Shown: positions 18,034-26,740 of the stretch, one piece after another
How the letters are laid out: the number at the start of each line of letters is the position of its first letter
How positions within the stretch are numbered: the first letter of the stretch is position 1
Assembly: GCA_963675745.2 (NCBI GenBank)
Contig: CAXXWX010000016.1
Location: forward strand, 64,001 to 128,000
From: Phycisphaerae bacterium
GTDB lineage: Bacteria > Planctomycetota > Phycisphaerae > UBA1845 > Fen-1342
Direction: 5' to 3'
DNA: 64,000 bases
Position numbers and translations under genes: made by a program
Notes under the pieces: model-generated
What the model saw: the letters and a program-made list of their open reading frames with translations, nothing else
The model's database searches: none
What the model was told of the DNA's origin: nothing

Positions 18034-20841
18034 ATGCAGCGGACGATTTTTGGCTTGCTAGCTACGCTAACACTCGCCTTCACACCCTTCAACGCAGCAG
18101 CTAACCAGCCCAGCCAACCCATTGCGGCACCTACCCACCACGAGGCCCCAACCGATCACGCGCCTGTCCAGCAGGCACCCGCCGTACGCGCGACAACGCC
18201 GGCGGCGTTGATTGTGCGCGACGATTACGTCAGCGTGCAGGTCAACGTGAATGAGAATGGTGAGAACATCGTCGGCGATGCCGCCAACGAACCGACACTG
18301 GCGGTGAACCCGGTCTTCCCCAACCGGATGGTCATCTGCTGGCGCCAGTTCAACACCAAGACCAGCAACTTTCGCCAGGCCGGAAACGCCTATACCGAAG
18401 ACGGCGGGCAGACCTGGACATTCCCCGGCGTGATCGAGCCAACCATCTTTCGTTCCGACCCGGTGCTCGACGTTGATGCCGGCGGCAACTTCTTCTTCAA
18501 CAGCCTGGGTGACGGTTTCGTGTGTACGGTCTTCAAGTCCACGAACGGCGGCGCGACCTGGGGGCCGGGAGTGTACGCGTACGGCGGCGACAAGCAGTGG
18601 ATGATCATCGACAAGTCCGGCGGAATCGGACAAGGCAACATTTACGCCTATTGGTCGGTCAGCTCCAGCGTCTGTGCGCCCGGACACTTCACACGCTCGA
18701 CTGACGGCGGCGAAACTTATGAGCCCTGCCGGGCGATTTCCGGCACACCCATGTGGGGCACGATGGCGATCGGCCCCGAAGGCCAGCTCTATATCGTCGG
18801 TCGCGGCTTCACCGTCACCCGGTCGAACAACGCCCAGAATCCGGCACAGACGCCAAGTTGGGACTTCTCGCGATTCGTCGATCTTGACGGTGACGTCTCC
18901 GGCTTCGGCGGTCCAAACCCGGACGGGCTCGGTGGCCAGGCCTGGATCGCCACCGACGTATCCCAGGGGACAAGTCGCGGCAATGTCTACGTGCTGGCCT
19001 CGGTGGAGCGCAACTCCACGGCGGACCCGCTGGATGTGATGTTCTCGCGCAGCACGAATGACGGCTGGACCTGGAGCAGTGAGGTCCGGGTCAACGACGA
19101 CTCGACCAGCAATGGTGCCTACCAATGGTTCGGCACCATGTCCGTCGCGCCCAACGGCCGCATCGACGTTGTCTGGTACGACACGCGCAACGATCCCGGT
19201 GGATACGACTCCGAGGTGTACTACACCTATTCGAGCGATACCGGCCAGACATGGGCACCCAGCCAACCGCTCACACCCGCTTTTGACCCCCACCTCGGCT
19301 GGCCCGCGCAGCAGAAGCTGGGCGACTACATCCACATGGTCTCGGATCTGACCGGCGCCAATCTGGCGTACGCCGCGACATTCAACGGTGAACAGGATGT
19401 TTACTTCATTCGCATCCCCGCGCCGTGTATTGACGCCGGCCACGTGGAGCTCGATCGCCCGCAGTACGCCTGCGACGGGACCATGGTCATCCGCGTGTAC
19501 GATTGCGGCCCGAACGCGAGCGACACGACCATCGATACGACGACGCTGACGGTTGTATCGGATACCCAACCCGGCGGTCAGGCCGTGCTGTTGACCGAGA
19601 CGGGAGTCGATACCGCCATCTTCGAAGGCACGCTGACACTAAGCACCGGCGGCGGCGGCGGGACACTGCAAGTCAGCAGCGCCGACGCGCTGACTGCCCG
19701 CTATACCGATGCCAACAACGGCCAGGGAAGCCAGAACGTGTTGCTCGAAGCCACTGCCACTGTCGATTGCGCACCGCCGACGGTGAGCAATGTGCAATCT
19801 ACTGTCGACGAGCCCGGCCTGGCGACGATCACCCTTGAGACCGACGAGGAGGCGCTGGGGGTCGTCCACTATGGCCTGGCGTGCGACGCGCTGGATCAGA
19901 CCGCCGTCGGTTTTCAGTATGGCGTGCAGAACACCGTCCTGATCCAGGGGCTGGAGTCTGACCGGACGTACTTCTATATCGCCGATGCCGAGGACCATGC
20001 TGGCAATGTCGGCACCGAGGGAATCTGCCGATCGTTCGTCAGCGCCCACCAGCCGGTTTATTTCACCGAGTTGTTCGAGGCGGCGGACAACGATCTCGAT
20101 GACACGCGCATCGTGTTCACACCAAACGGCGGCCCCGACGGCTACAGCGCTTGCCTGACCGCGATAACTGAGTTGCCGAGCGACCCCGCCGGCGGCACGG
20201 CCCTGCCCGCGGTCGATGATTTCTACACGATCGCCAATCTCAGTGATGAAAAGACCATCCCGTTTTACGGCACCAACTACTCGCGGTTCTACATCGGCGG
20301 TAATGGCTACGTGACATTCAGCTTCGGTGACACATCCGCCGAGGAATCGCTGGCACTGCATTTCCAGCGGGCACGCATCTCGGCGCTGTTCGACGATCTG
20401 GATCTCAGCGCCGGCGGCAGCGCGAGCTGGAAGCAATTCGCCGATCGCGCCGTGGTAACATTCCTGGATGTGCCGGAAAAGGGCCTCGGTGGGACAAACA
20501 CCTTCCAGATCGAGCTATACTTTGACGGCACGATCAGCATCAGCTATCTGACAATTGACGCCACCGATGGCCTGGTCGGCTTGTCGCGCGGCAACAACCC
20601 CGCCTACTTCCTCGAGACCGACGTCTCGGCCATCGGACCGTGCTTCTTCCTGGGCGACCTGAATTGCGACGGGCTTGTCAACAACGGCGATATCGATGCG
20701 TTCATACTGGCGCTTAATGATCCCGCCGCCTATGCAATCACGTACCCCGCGTGCAACATCGACGCCGCGGACTGCAACCAGGACGGCTTGATCAACAATG
20801 GTGACATTGACTCGTTCGTCGGGTTGCTGGCCGCACCTTGA
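18034..20841 (+). CDS. Asp-box sialidase-like + dockerin-like protein (paralog B)
   Basis: SD aaggag; signal peptide; same architecture as 14333-17158. Confidence 0.8.
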   Translation: MQRTIFGLLATLTLAFTPFNAAANQPSQPIAAPTHHEAPTDHAPVQQAPAVRATTPAALIVRDDYVSVQVNVNENGENIVGDAANEPTLAVNPVFPNRMVICWRQFNTKTSNFRQAGNAYTEDGGQTWTFPGVIEPTIFRSDPVLDVDAGGNFFFNSLGDGFVCTVFKSTNGGATWGPGVYAYGGDKQWMIIDKSGGIGQGNIYAYWSVSSSVCAPGHFTRSTDGGETYEPCRAISGTPMWGTMAIGPEGQLYIVGRGFTVTRSNNAQNPAQTPSWDFSRFVDLDGDVSGFGGPNPDGLGGQAWIATDVSQGTSRGNVYVLASVERNSTADPLDVMFSRSTNDGWTWSSEVRVNDDSTSNGAYQWFGTMSVAPNGRIDVVWYDTRNDPGGYDSEVYYTYSSDTGQTWAPSQPLTPAFDPHLGWPAQQKLGDYIHMVSDLTGANLAYAATFNGEQDVYFIRIPAPCIDAGHVELDRPQYACDGTMVIRVYDCGPNASDTTIDTTTLTVVSDTQPGGQAVLLTETGVDTAIFEGTLTLSTGGGGGTLQVSSADALTARYTDANNGQGSQNVLLEATATVDCAPPTVSNVQSTVDEPGLATITLETDEEALGVVHYGLACDALDQTAVGFQYGVQNTVLIQGLESDRTYFYIADAEDHAGNVGTEGICRSFVSAHQPVYFTELFEAADNDLDDTRIVFTPNGGPDGYSACLTAITELPSDPAGGTALPAVDDFYTIANLSDEKTIPFYGTNYSRFYIGGNGYVTFSFGDTSAEESLALHFQRARISALFDDLDLSAGGSASWKQFADRAVVTFLDVPEKGLGGTNTFQIELYFDGTISISYLTIDATDGLVGLSRGNNPAYFLETDVSAIGPCFFLGDLNCDGLVNNGDIDAFILALNDPAAYAITYPACNIDAADCNQDGLINNGDIDSFVGLLAAP

Positions 20842-20864
20842 CACGGGAGAACCAGGGCAACCAT

Positions 20865-23681
20865 ATGTTTGGACAACTACTCGGCGCTGCGGCGATAACC
20901 ATCATTCTGGCTCAGGTTGGCTCAGCGCAGGCGGACCGGCCGCAGACCGCCCCCCCGCCGGACGGCCACGTCGAGTTTCCCAGTGACGCGCCGCTGCCCG
21001 GAGTGATCCAGCAGGAAAGCGCGCCGGCGAAGGTGTGGCGTTCGCGCGACGGCTATGTCAGCGTGCAGGTCAATGTCAGTGCCGGCGGCGCCAACATCAC
21101 AAACGACGCCGCCAATGAGCCCTCGCTGGCGGTTGATCCGACCAATCCCAACCGCATGGTCATCGGCTGGCGCCAGTTCAACAATATTGCCAGCAACTTC
21201 CGCCAAGCCGGCTACGGTTACACGACCGACGGTGGCCGAAGCTGGACGTTTCCGGGCGTAATCGAGCCGGGCGTGTTTCGCTCGGACCCGGTCCTGGCCG
21301 CCGATGCCGAAGGCAACTTCTATTACAACAGTCTGACCGCCAACGGCGGCCAGTCTGAGTTCTGGTGTCATGTCTACAAATCCACCGATGGTGGTGCGAC
21401 CTGGGACGCAGGCACATACGCCTATGGCGGCGACAAGCAGTGGATGGTGATCGATACGACCGACAGCGTTGGCCGCGGCAACATCTACGCCAATTGGACG
21501 CGCAGTTACAGTGCGTGCCTGGGCTCTTTCACGCGCTCCATCGACAACGGCCAGAGTTTCCAGCCGTGCCTCCAAGTGCCGGGTCTGCCGCATTGGGGAA
21601 CAATGGCGATCGGACCTGATGGCGAGCTTTATATCGGCGGTGGTGGCTTCGTGGTCGCCAAGTCTTCAAACGCCAAGTATGACGCCCAGGCGATTGCCTG
21701 GGACTTCTCGACCATCGTCGATATGGATGGCCTCATCGCCTATGGCGGTGGCCCCAATCCCGACGGCCTGCTCGGCCAGGCCTGGATCGCGGCCGACCGG
21801 TCCGACGGCCCCACCGCCGGGAACGTATACCTGCTCTGCTCAGTCGCGCGCGACTCAACGCCCGACCCGGCCGATGTCATGTTCATCCGCAGCACCGACG
21901 GCGGCCAGACCTGGAGCAGCCCCACCCGCGTCAACGACGACCCTTCAACCAGTGCCTTTCAATGGTTCGGCACCATGTCCGTGGCTCCCAATGGCCGCAT
22001 CGACGTCGTCTGGCTTGACACGCGCAACGACCCGGGAGGATACGATTCCGAGTTGTACTACTCGTTCTCCGAGGACGGCGGCCTCACCTGGGCGGCCAAC
22101 CAGGCGCTCTCACCGGCGTTCGATCCCCACATCGGCTGGCCCCAGCAAACCAAGATGGGCGACTACTTCCACATGATCTCGGATCTTCACGGCGCGGACC
22201 TCGCATACGCCGCCACGTTCAACGGCGAGCAGGACGTCTACTACCTGCGCATTGGTGAGCGCTGCGAAGATGCCGGCAGTATCACGCTTGTACAAGACGT
22301 GTACGGCTGTGAAGACCTGCTCGAGATATCGGTCAACGACTGCGGGTTGAACATCGATCCCAACGGCATTGACACGGTCCAGGCCACCGTCATGTCTGAT
22401 ACGGAGCCCGCCGGCGAGGCCGTCACGCTCAATGAGACCGGCGTCTACACCGGTATTTTCACCGCAACGTTGCCGCTCAGCGTCACGGACAGCGTGGGCG
22501 TGCTTCAGGTCGCCGGGGGTGATGCGGTAACCGCCGAGTATATCGACGCTGATGACGGCGCCGGCGGCCATAACATCCTCATGACCGCTTCCACCAACAT
22601 CGACTGTACGCCGCCGGTGATCACGAATGTCGGCGTGTCGGTTGTGGATTACGAGACGGCCTTGGTTACGTTCGACACCTCCGAGCTGGCGCGCGGCACG
22701 GTGCGGTATGGCGCCGATTGCGGCAGTCTCGATCACCCCGTCGTTGGCACCGAGACGGCCCTCAATCACAGCATCAATATCGGCGGGCTGTACCCCGATG
22801 AGACGTACCACTTCGCGGTCGAGGCCAAAGACATGTTCGGCAATGTGGGCTACGAAGGTGGCTGTTACTCGTTTACGACCGACGCGGTGCCAGATTACTT
22901 CACGGAGATCTTCGAGGAGAATGACAACGATCTGGACTATTTGCGGTTGAACTTCCTGCCGGACGGCAGCCAGAGCTACTACGCCGGTTGTGCCCGGCCA
23001 ATCGCCGAGCTTCCCACCGATCCGGTCGGCGGGACCATTCTGCCGGCGGTCGATGATTTCTACACGATTGTTGACCTGGCGGATGGGAAGCTGGTCTCGA
23101 TCTACGGTCACGCCTATTCCCGCTTTTACATCGGCAGCAACGGATATATTACGTTCGTTGGCGGGCAGAACGACGCGCTGGAATCGCTGGCCAAGCACCT
23201 GAGCCAGGTGCGCATCTCCGGCTTGTATGATGATTTCGACGCGAGCGCCGGCGGCTACATCACGTGGAAGCAGCTCGACAATAGGGCCGTGGTCACCTAT
23301 GTCGACTTGCCGGAAAAGGGCCTCGGTGGCAGCAACACTTTTCAGATCGAGATGTTCTTCGACGGGGAAATCACACTCAGCTACCTCAACGTCGACGCAC
23401 AGGACGGTTTGGCGGGACTGTCGCCCGGTGGATATCCGATTGAGGACTTCTTCATGAGCGATCTGTCCGACCTTGGTCCCTGCAACATCATTGGCGACAC
23501 GAATTGCGACGGCGTGGTCAACAACGGTGACATTGACGCTTTCGTGTTGGCCCTCGGCGACCCCGACGGCTACGCCGCGGCCTTCCCCGACTGCGACATT
23601 AACGCGGCTGACTGCAATCAGGACGATATCATCAACAACGGCGACATTGACTCGTTTGTCGAGTTGCTCGCCGCACCTTGA
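20865..23681 (+). CDS. Asp-box sialidase-like + dockerin-like protein (paralog C)
   Basis: ATG 20865 begins the signal peptide MFGQLLG; same architecture. Confidence 0.8.
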   Translation: MFGQLLGAAAITIILAQVGSAQADRPQTAPPPDGHVEFPSDAPLPGVIQQESAPAKVWRSRDGYVSVQVNVSAGGANITNDAANEPSLAVDPTNPNRMVIGWRQFNNIASNFRQAGYGYTTDGGRSWTFPGVIEPGVFRSDPVLAADAEGNFYYNSLTANGGQSEFWCHVYKSTDGGATWDAGTYAYGGDKQWMVIDTTDSVGRGNIYANWTRSYSACLGSFTRSIDNGQSFQPCLQVPGLPHWGTMAIGPDGELYIGGGGFVVAKSSNAKYDAQAIAWDFSTIVDMDGLIAYGGGPNPDGLLGQAWIAADRSDGPTAGNVYLLCSVARDSTPDPADVMFIRSTDGGQTWSSPTRVNDDPSTSAFQWFGTMSVAPNGRIDVVWLDTRNDPGGYDSELYYSFSEDGGLTWAANQALSPAFDPHIGWPQQTKMGDYFHMISDLHGADLAYAATFNGEQDVYYLRIGERCEDAGSITLVQDVYGCEDLLEISVNDCGLNIDPNGIDTVQATVMSDTEPAGEAVTLNETGVYTGIFTATLPLSVTDSVGVLQVAGGDAVTAEYIDADDGAGGHNILMTASTNIDCTPPVITNVGVSVVDYETALVTFDTSELARGTVRYGADCGSLDHPVVGTETALNHSINIGGLYPDETYHFAVEAKDMFGNVGYEGGCYSFTTDAVPDYFTEIFEENDNDLDYLRLNFLPDGSQSYYAGCARPIAELPTDPVGGTILPAVDDFYTIVDLADGKLVSIYGHAYSRFYIGSNGYITFVGGQNDALESLAKHLSQVRISGLYDDFDASAGGYITWKQLDNRAVVTYVDLPEKGLGGSNTFQIEMFFDGEITLSYLNVDAQDGLAGLSPGGYPIEDFFMSDLSDLGPCNIIGDTNCDGVVNNGDIDAFVLALGDPDGYAAAFPDCDINAADCNQDDIINNGDIDSFVELLAAP

Positions 23682-23702
23682 GATTGAGAAAAGGCTGACG
23701 AC

Positions 23703-26525
23703 ATGTTTGAGAGAATTCTCGGCGTTGCAATGATCGTCGCGCTCCTGACACAGGTTGGCCCCGCGCAAGCCGCACGCGTCGACGGAATGAAGGCCGGCCC
23801 GCCGCCGGACGGTCACGCCGAGGCCCCCAATGATGCGCCGTTGCCGCCTGCGCCGCAGCGCGAGACCACCCCCGCGAAGGTCCTGCGTTCGCGCGACGGA
23901 TATGTCAGCGTGCAGGTCAATGTCAGCGCCGGCGGCGCCAACATCACAAACGATGCCGCGAACGAGCCCTCGCTGGCGGTTGATCCGACCAATCCGAGCC
24001 GCATGGTCATCGGCTGGCGCCAGTTCGACAACATCGCCAGCGACTTCCGCCAGGCCGGCTACGCCTACACCAGCGATGGTGGGCAGAGCTGGACGTTCCC
24101 GGGGGTGATCGAGCCGGGCGTGTTTCGCTCGGACCCGGTCCTGGGCGCCGATGCCGAGGGTAACTTCTACTACAACAGCCTGACCGCCACTACCGACCTG
24201 TCTGACTTCTGGTGCCACGTTTACAAATCCACCGACGGCGGTGCGACTTGGGATGCCGGCACGTATGCGTATGGCGGCGACAAGCAGTGGATGGTGATCG
24301 ACACCACCGACAGCGTCGGCCACGGCAACTTCTACGCCTACTGGACGCAGTGGTACAGTACGTGCTATCCCGGTTTCTTCACGCGGTCGATCGACAACGG
24401 CCAGAGCTTTCAACCGTGCATCGAAGTTCCGAACTCGCCGCAGTGGGGCACGCTCGCGATCGGCCCCGACGGTGAGGTGTACATCGGCGCCGAGGGCTTC
24501 ATTGTCGCCAAGTCGTCAAACGCCAAGTACGACGCCCAGGCGGTTACCTGGGACTTCTCGACGGTAGTCGATCTCGACGGCTCCATCGCCTATAGCGGCG
24601 GTCCCAACCCCGGTGGTCTGCTCGGCCAGGCCTGGATTGCCGCCGACCGATCCGACGGCCCCACCGCCGGGAACGTGTACCTGCTCTGCTCGGTCTCGCG
24701 TGACTCAAACCCCGACCCGCTCGATGTCATGTTCGCCCGCAGCACCGACGGCGGTCAGACCTGGAGCAGTCCGGTGCGCGTCAATGACGATCCCGGCACC
24801 AGCGCCTACCAGTGGTTCGGTACCATGTCCGTGGCGCCAAACGGTCGCATCGACGTAATCTGGCTCGACACGCGCAACGATCCGGGCGGTTACGACTCCG
24901 AGCTGTATTACTCCTTTTCCGAGGATGGCGGCGTGACCTGGTCCGCCAACGAGGTGCTTTCCCCCGCGTTCGACCCGCACGTCGGCTGGCCCCAGCAGAA
25001 CAAGATGGGCGACTACTTCGACATGACCTCGGACAACCAGGGCGCCGATCTGGCATATGCCGCCACTTTCAACGGCGAGCAGGACGTCTATTACCTGCGT
25101 ATCGGCGACCGTTGTGCCGATGCCGGCCGCATAACGCTCGCACAAGACCTGTACGCGTGTGAAAGCGTGATTGACATCTCGGTCAACGATTGTGGCTTGA
25201 ATCTCGACCCCAACGGTATCGACACGGTTGAGGTGACGGTTGTTTCCGGCACCGAGCCGGCCGGTGAGACAATCACTCTCGATGAAACCGATGTATTCTC
25301 GAGTATCTTCTCGGGCACGCTGCCATTGAGCGTCACGAACAGTGTGGGGGTGCTTCAGGTTGCTGAAGGCGACACCATCACAGCCGAGTACATCGATGCT
25401 GACGATGGCGCCGGCGCTTACAACGTCCTGGTCACGGCGTCGGCCGACATCGACTGCACCCCACCCGTGATCACAAACCTGGTGGTCGCGGACGTCGGAT
25501 CGCGCACAGCATTGATTACGTTTAATACATCCGAGTTAGCGCGCGGCACGGTGCGGTATGGCGCGAACTGCGGCAGTCTCTATCAAACCGCCGTCGGCAC
25601 GGATACCACGCTCGCGCATGAGATCGCCATCGGCGGGTTGAATCCGGGGCAGACCTACTACTACGCCGTCGAAGCCGATGACATCGCCGGCAACGTGGGT
25701 TACGAGGGCGGTTGTTACTCGTTCACCACCACCGCCGTGCCGGAATTCTTCAGCGAGCGGTTCGATCCATCCGGCAATGACCTTGGTTACCGCCGGATCA
25801 CTTTCACACCGGATGGCGGGATCAGCTACTACGCCGCGTGCATCGAGACGATCTCCAGCCTGCCGACCGATCCGAACGCCGGCACCGAAGTGACGCTCGA
25901 TGATGACAATTACTCGCTGATCACGATGGGCGGGTTGGATACGGTGTCGCTGTACGGCGTCAGCTACAACCACTACTACATCGGAGCGAACGGCTACCTG
26001 ACGTTCACCCAGGGCGACACGGACTATACCGAGTCGTACGACGACCACTTCGACACGCCGCGCATCTCGGCACTTTTTGACGATCTCTCGCCGCAGTACG
26101 GCACCGTGCGTTACCAGCAGTTAGGCGATCGTGTCGCCGTCACGTGGCAGGATGTGCCGGAATGGAACACGAGCAACCAGAACACGTTCCAGATCGAGAT
26201 GTACTTCGACGGTCGCATCACGCTGAGCTATCTGGCGATCGCGGCCGTTGACGGTCTGGTCGGCCTGTCCGCCGGTGGCGGTGCCGATCCGGGCTTCGAC
26301 GCGACCGACCTCTCCGCGTTGGGCGGATGCCTGATCGTCGGCGATGCGAACTGCGACGGCATGGTCAACAACGGCGACATCGATGCGTTCGTGCTGGCAG
26401 TCAGCGACCCGACCGGTTACGCCGCCGCGTATCCGGGTTGTGACATCAATACGGCCGACTGCAACGGTGATGGCGCGATCAATAACGGCGACATCGATGC
26501 GTTCGTGGCGCTGATTTCAGGCTAA
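23703..26525 (+). CDS. Asp-box sialidase-like + dockerin-like protein (paralog D)
   Basis: Signal peptide; same architecture; N-terminal part very similar to paralog C. Confidence 0.8.
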   Translation: MFERILGVAMIVALLTQVGPAQAARVDGMKAGPPPDGHAEAPNDAPLPPAPQRETTPAKVLRSRDGYVSVQVNVSAGGANITNDAANEPSLAVDPTNPSRMVIGWRQFDNIASDFRQAGYAYTSDGGQSWTFPGVIEPGVFRSDPVLGADAEGNFYYNSLTATTDLSDFWCHVYKSTDGGATWDAGTYAYGGDKQWMVIDTTDSVGHGNFYAYWTQWYSTCYPGFFTRSIDNGQSFQPCIEVPNSPQWGTLAIGPDGEVYIGAEGFIVAKSSNAKYDAQAVTWDFSTVVDLDGSIAYSGGPNPGGLLGQAWIAADRSDGPTAGNVYLLCSVSRDSNPDPLDVMFARSTDGGQTWSSPVRVNDDPGTSAYQWFGTMSVAPNGRIDVIWLDTRNDPGGYDSELYYSFSEDGGVTWSANEVLSPAFDPHVGWPQQNKMGDYFDMTSDNQGADLAYAATFNGEQDVYYLRIGDRCADAGRITLAQDLYACESVIDISVNDCGLNLDPNGIDTVEVTVVSGTEPAGETITLDETDVFSSIFSGTLPLSVTNSVGVLQVAEGDTITAEYIDADDGAGAYNVLVTASADIDCTPPVITNLVVADVGSRTALITFNTSELARGTVRYGANCGSLYQTAVGTDTTLAHEIAIGGLNPGQTYYYAVEADDIAGNVGYEGGCYSFTTTAVPEFFSERFDPSGNDLGYRRITFTPDGGISYYAACIETISSLPTDPNAGTEVTLDDDNYSLITMGGLDTVSLYGVSYNHYYIGANGYLTFTQGDTDYTESYDDHFDTPRISALFDDLSPQYGTVRYQQLGDRVAVTWQDVPEWNTSNQNTFQIEMYFDGRITLSYLAIAAVDGLVGLSAGGGADPGFDATDLSALGGCLIVGDANCDGMVNNGDIDAFVLAVSDPTGYAAAYPGCDINTADCNGDGAINNGDIDAFVALISG

Positions 26526-26740
26526 TCGCCGTGTGCGTCACAGCGGATGGTGGTTATCGGACATCCCGCCATCGCGTTTCGTCAATTGCAGCGACCTCGT
26601 TACGATATGAATGGAGGGTCTGGGTCTGATTCCGGTCCTCCGCTCGTCGCCGACCACGGCGCTGAAATATCGTCCGCAGCCTGTTTCGCATGCGAGCGTT
26701 GGCTGCGTGAATACAGAGCATCTAGCTCGGATGGGATATT

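Noticed and set aside
18067..24413. Long antisense ORFs (18067-19569, 22110-24413; likewise 9430-10617, 30590-32059, 34495-35619)
   Set aside because: They mirror well-supported sense genes; stop-poor antisense frames are expected at high GC, and they show no motifs.
14333..26525. Diversity-generating retroelement or CRISPR explanation for the repeated DNA
   Set aside because: No reverse transcriptase, no adenine-specific TR/VR pair noticed and no repeat-spacer periodicity; the repeats are coding paralogy.
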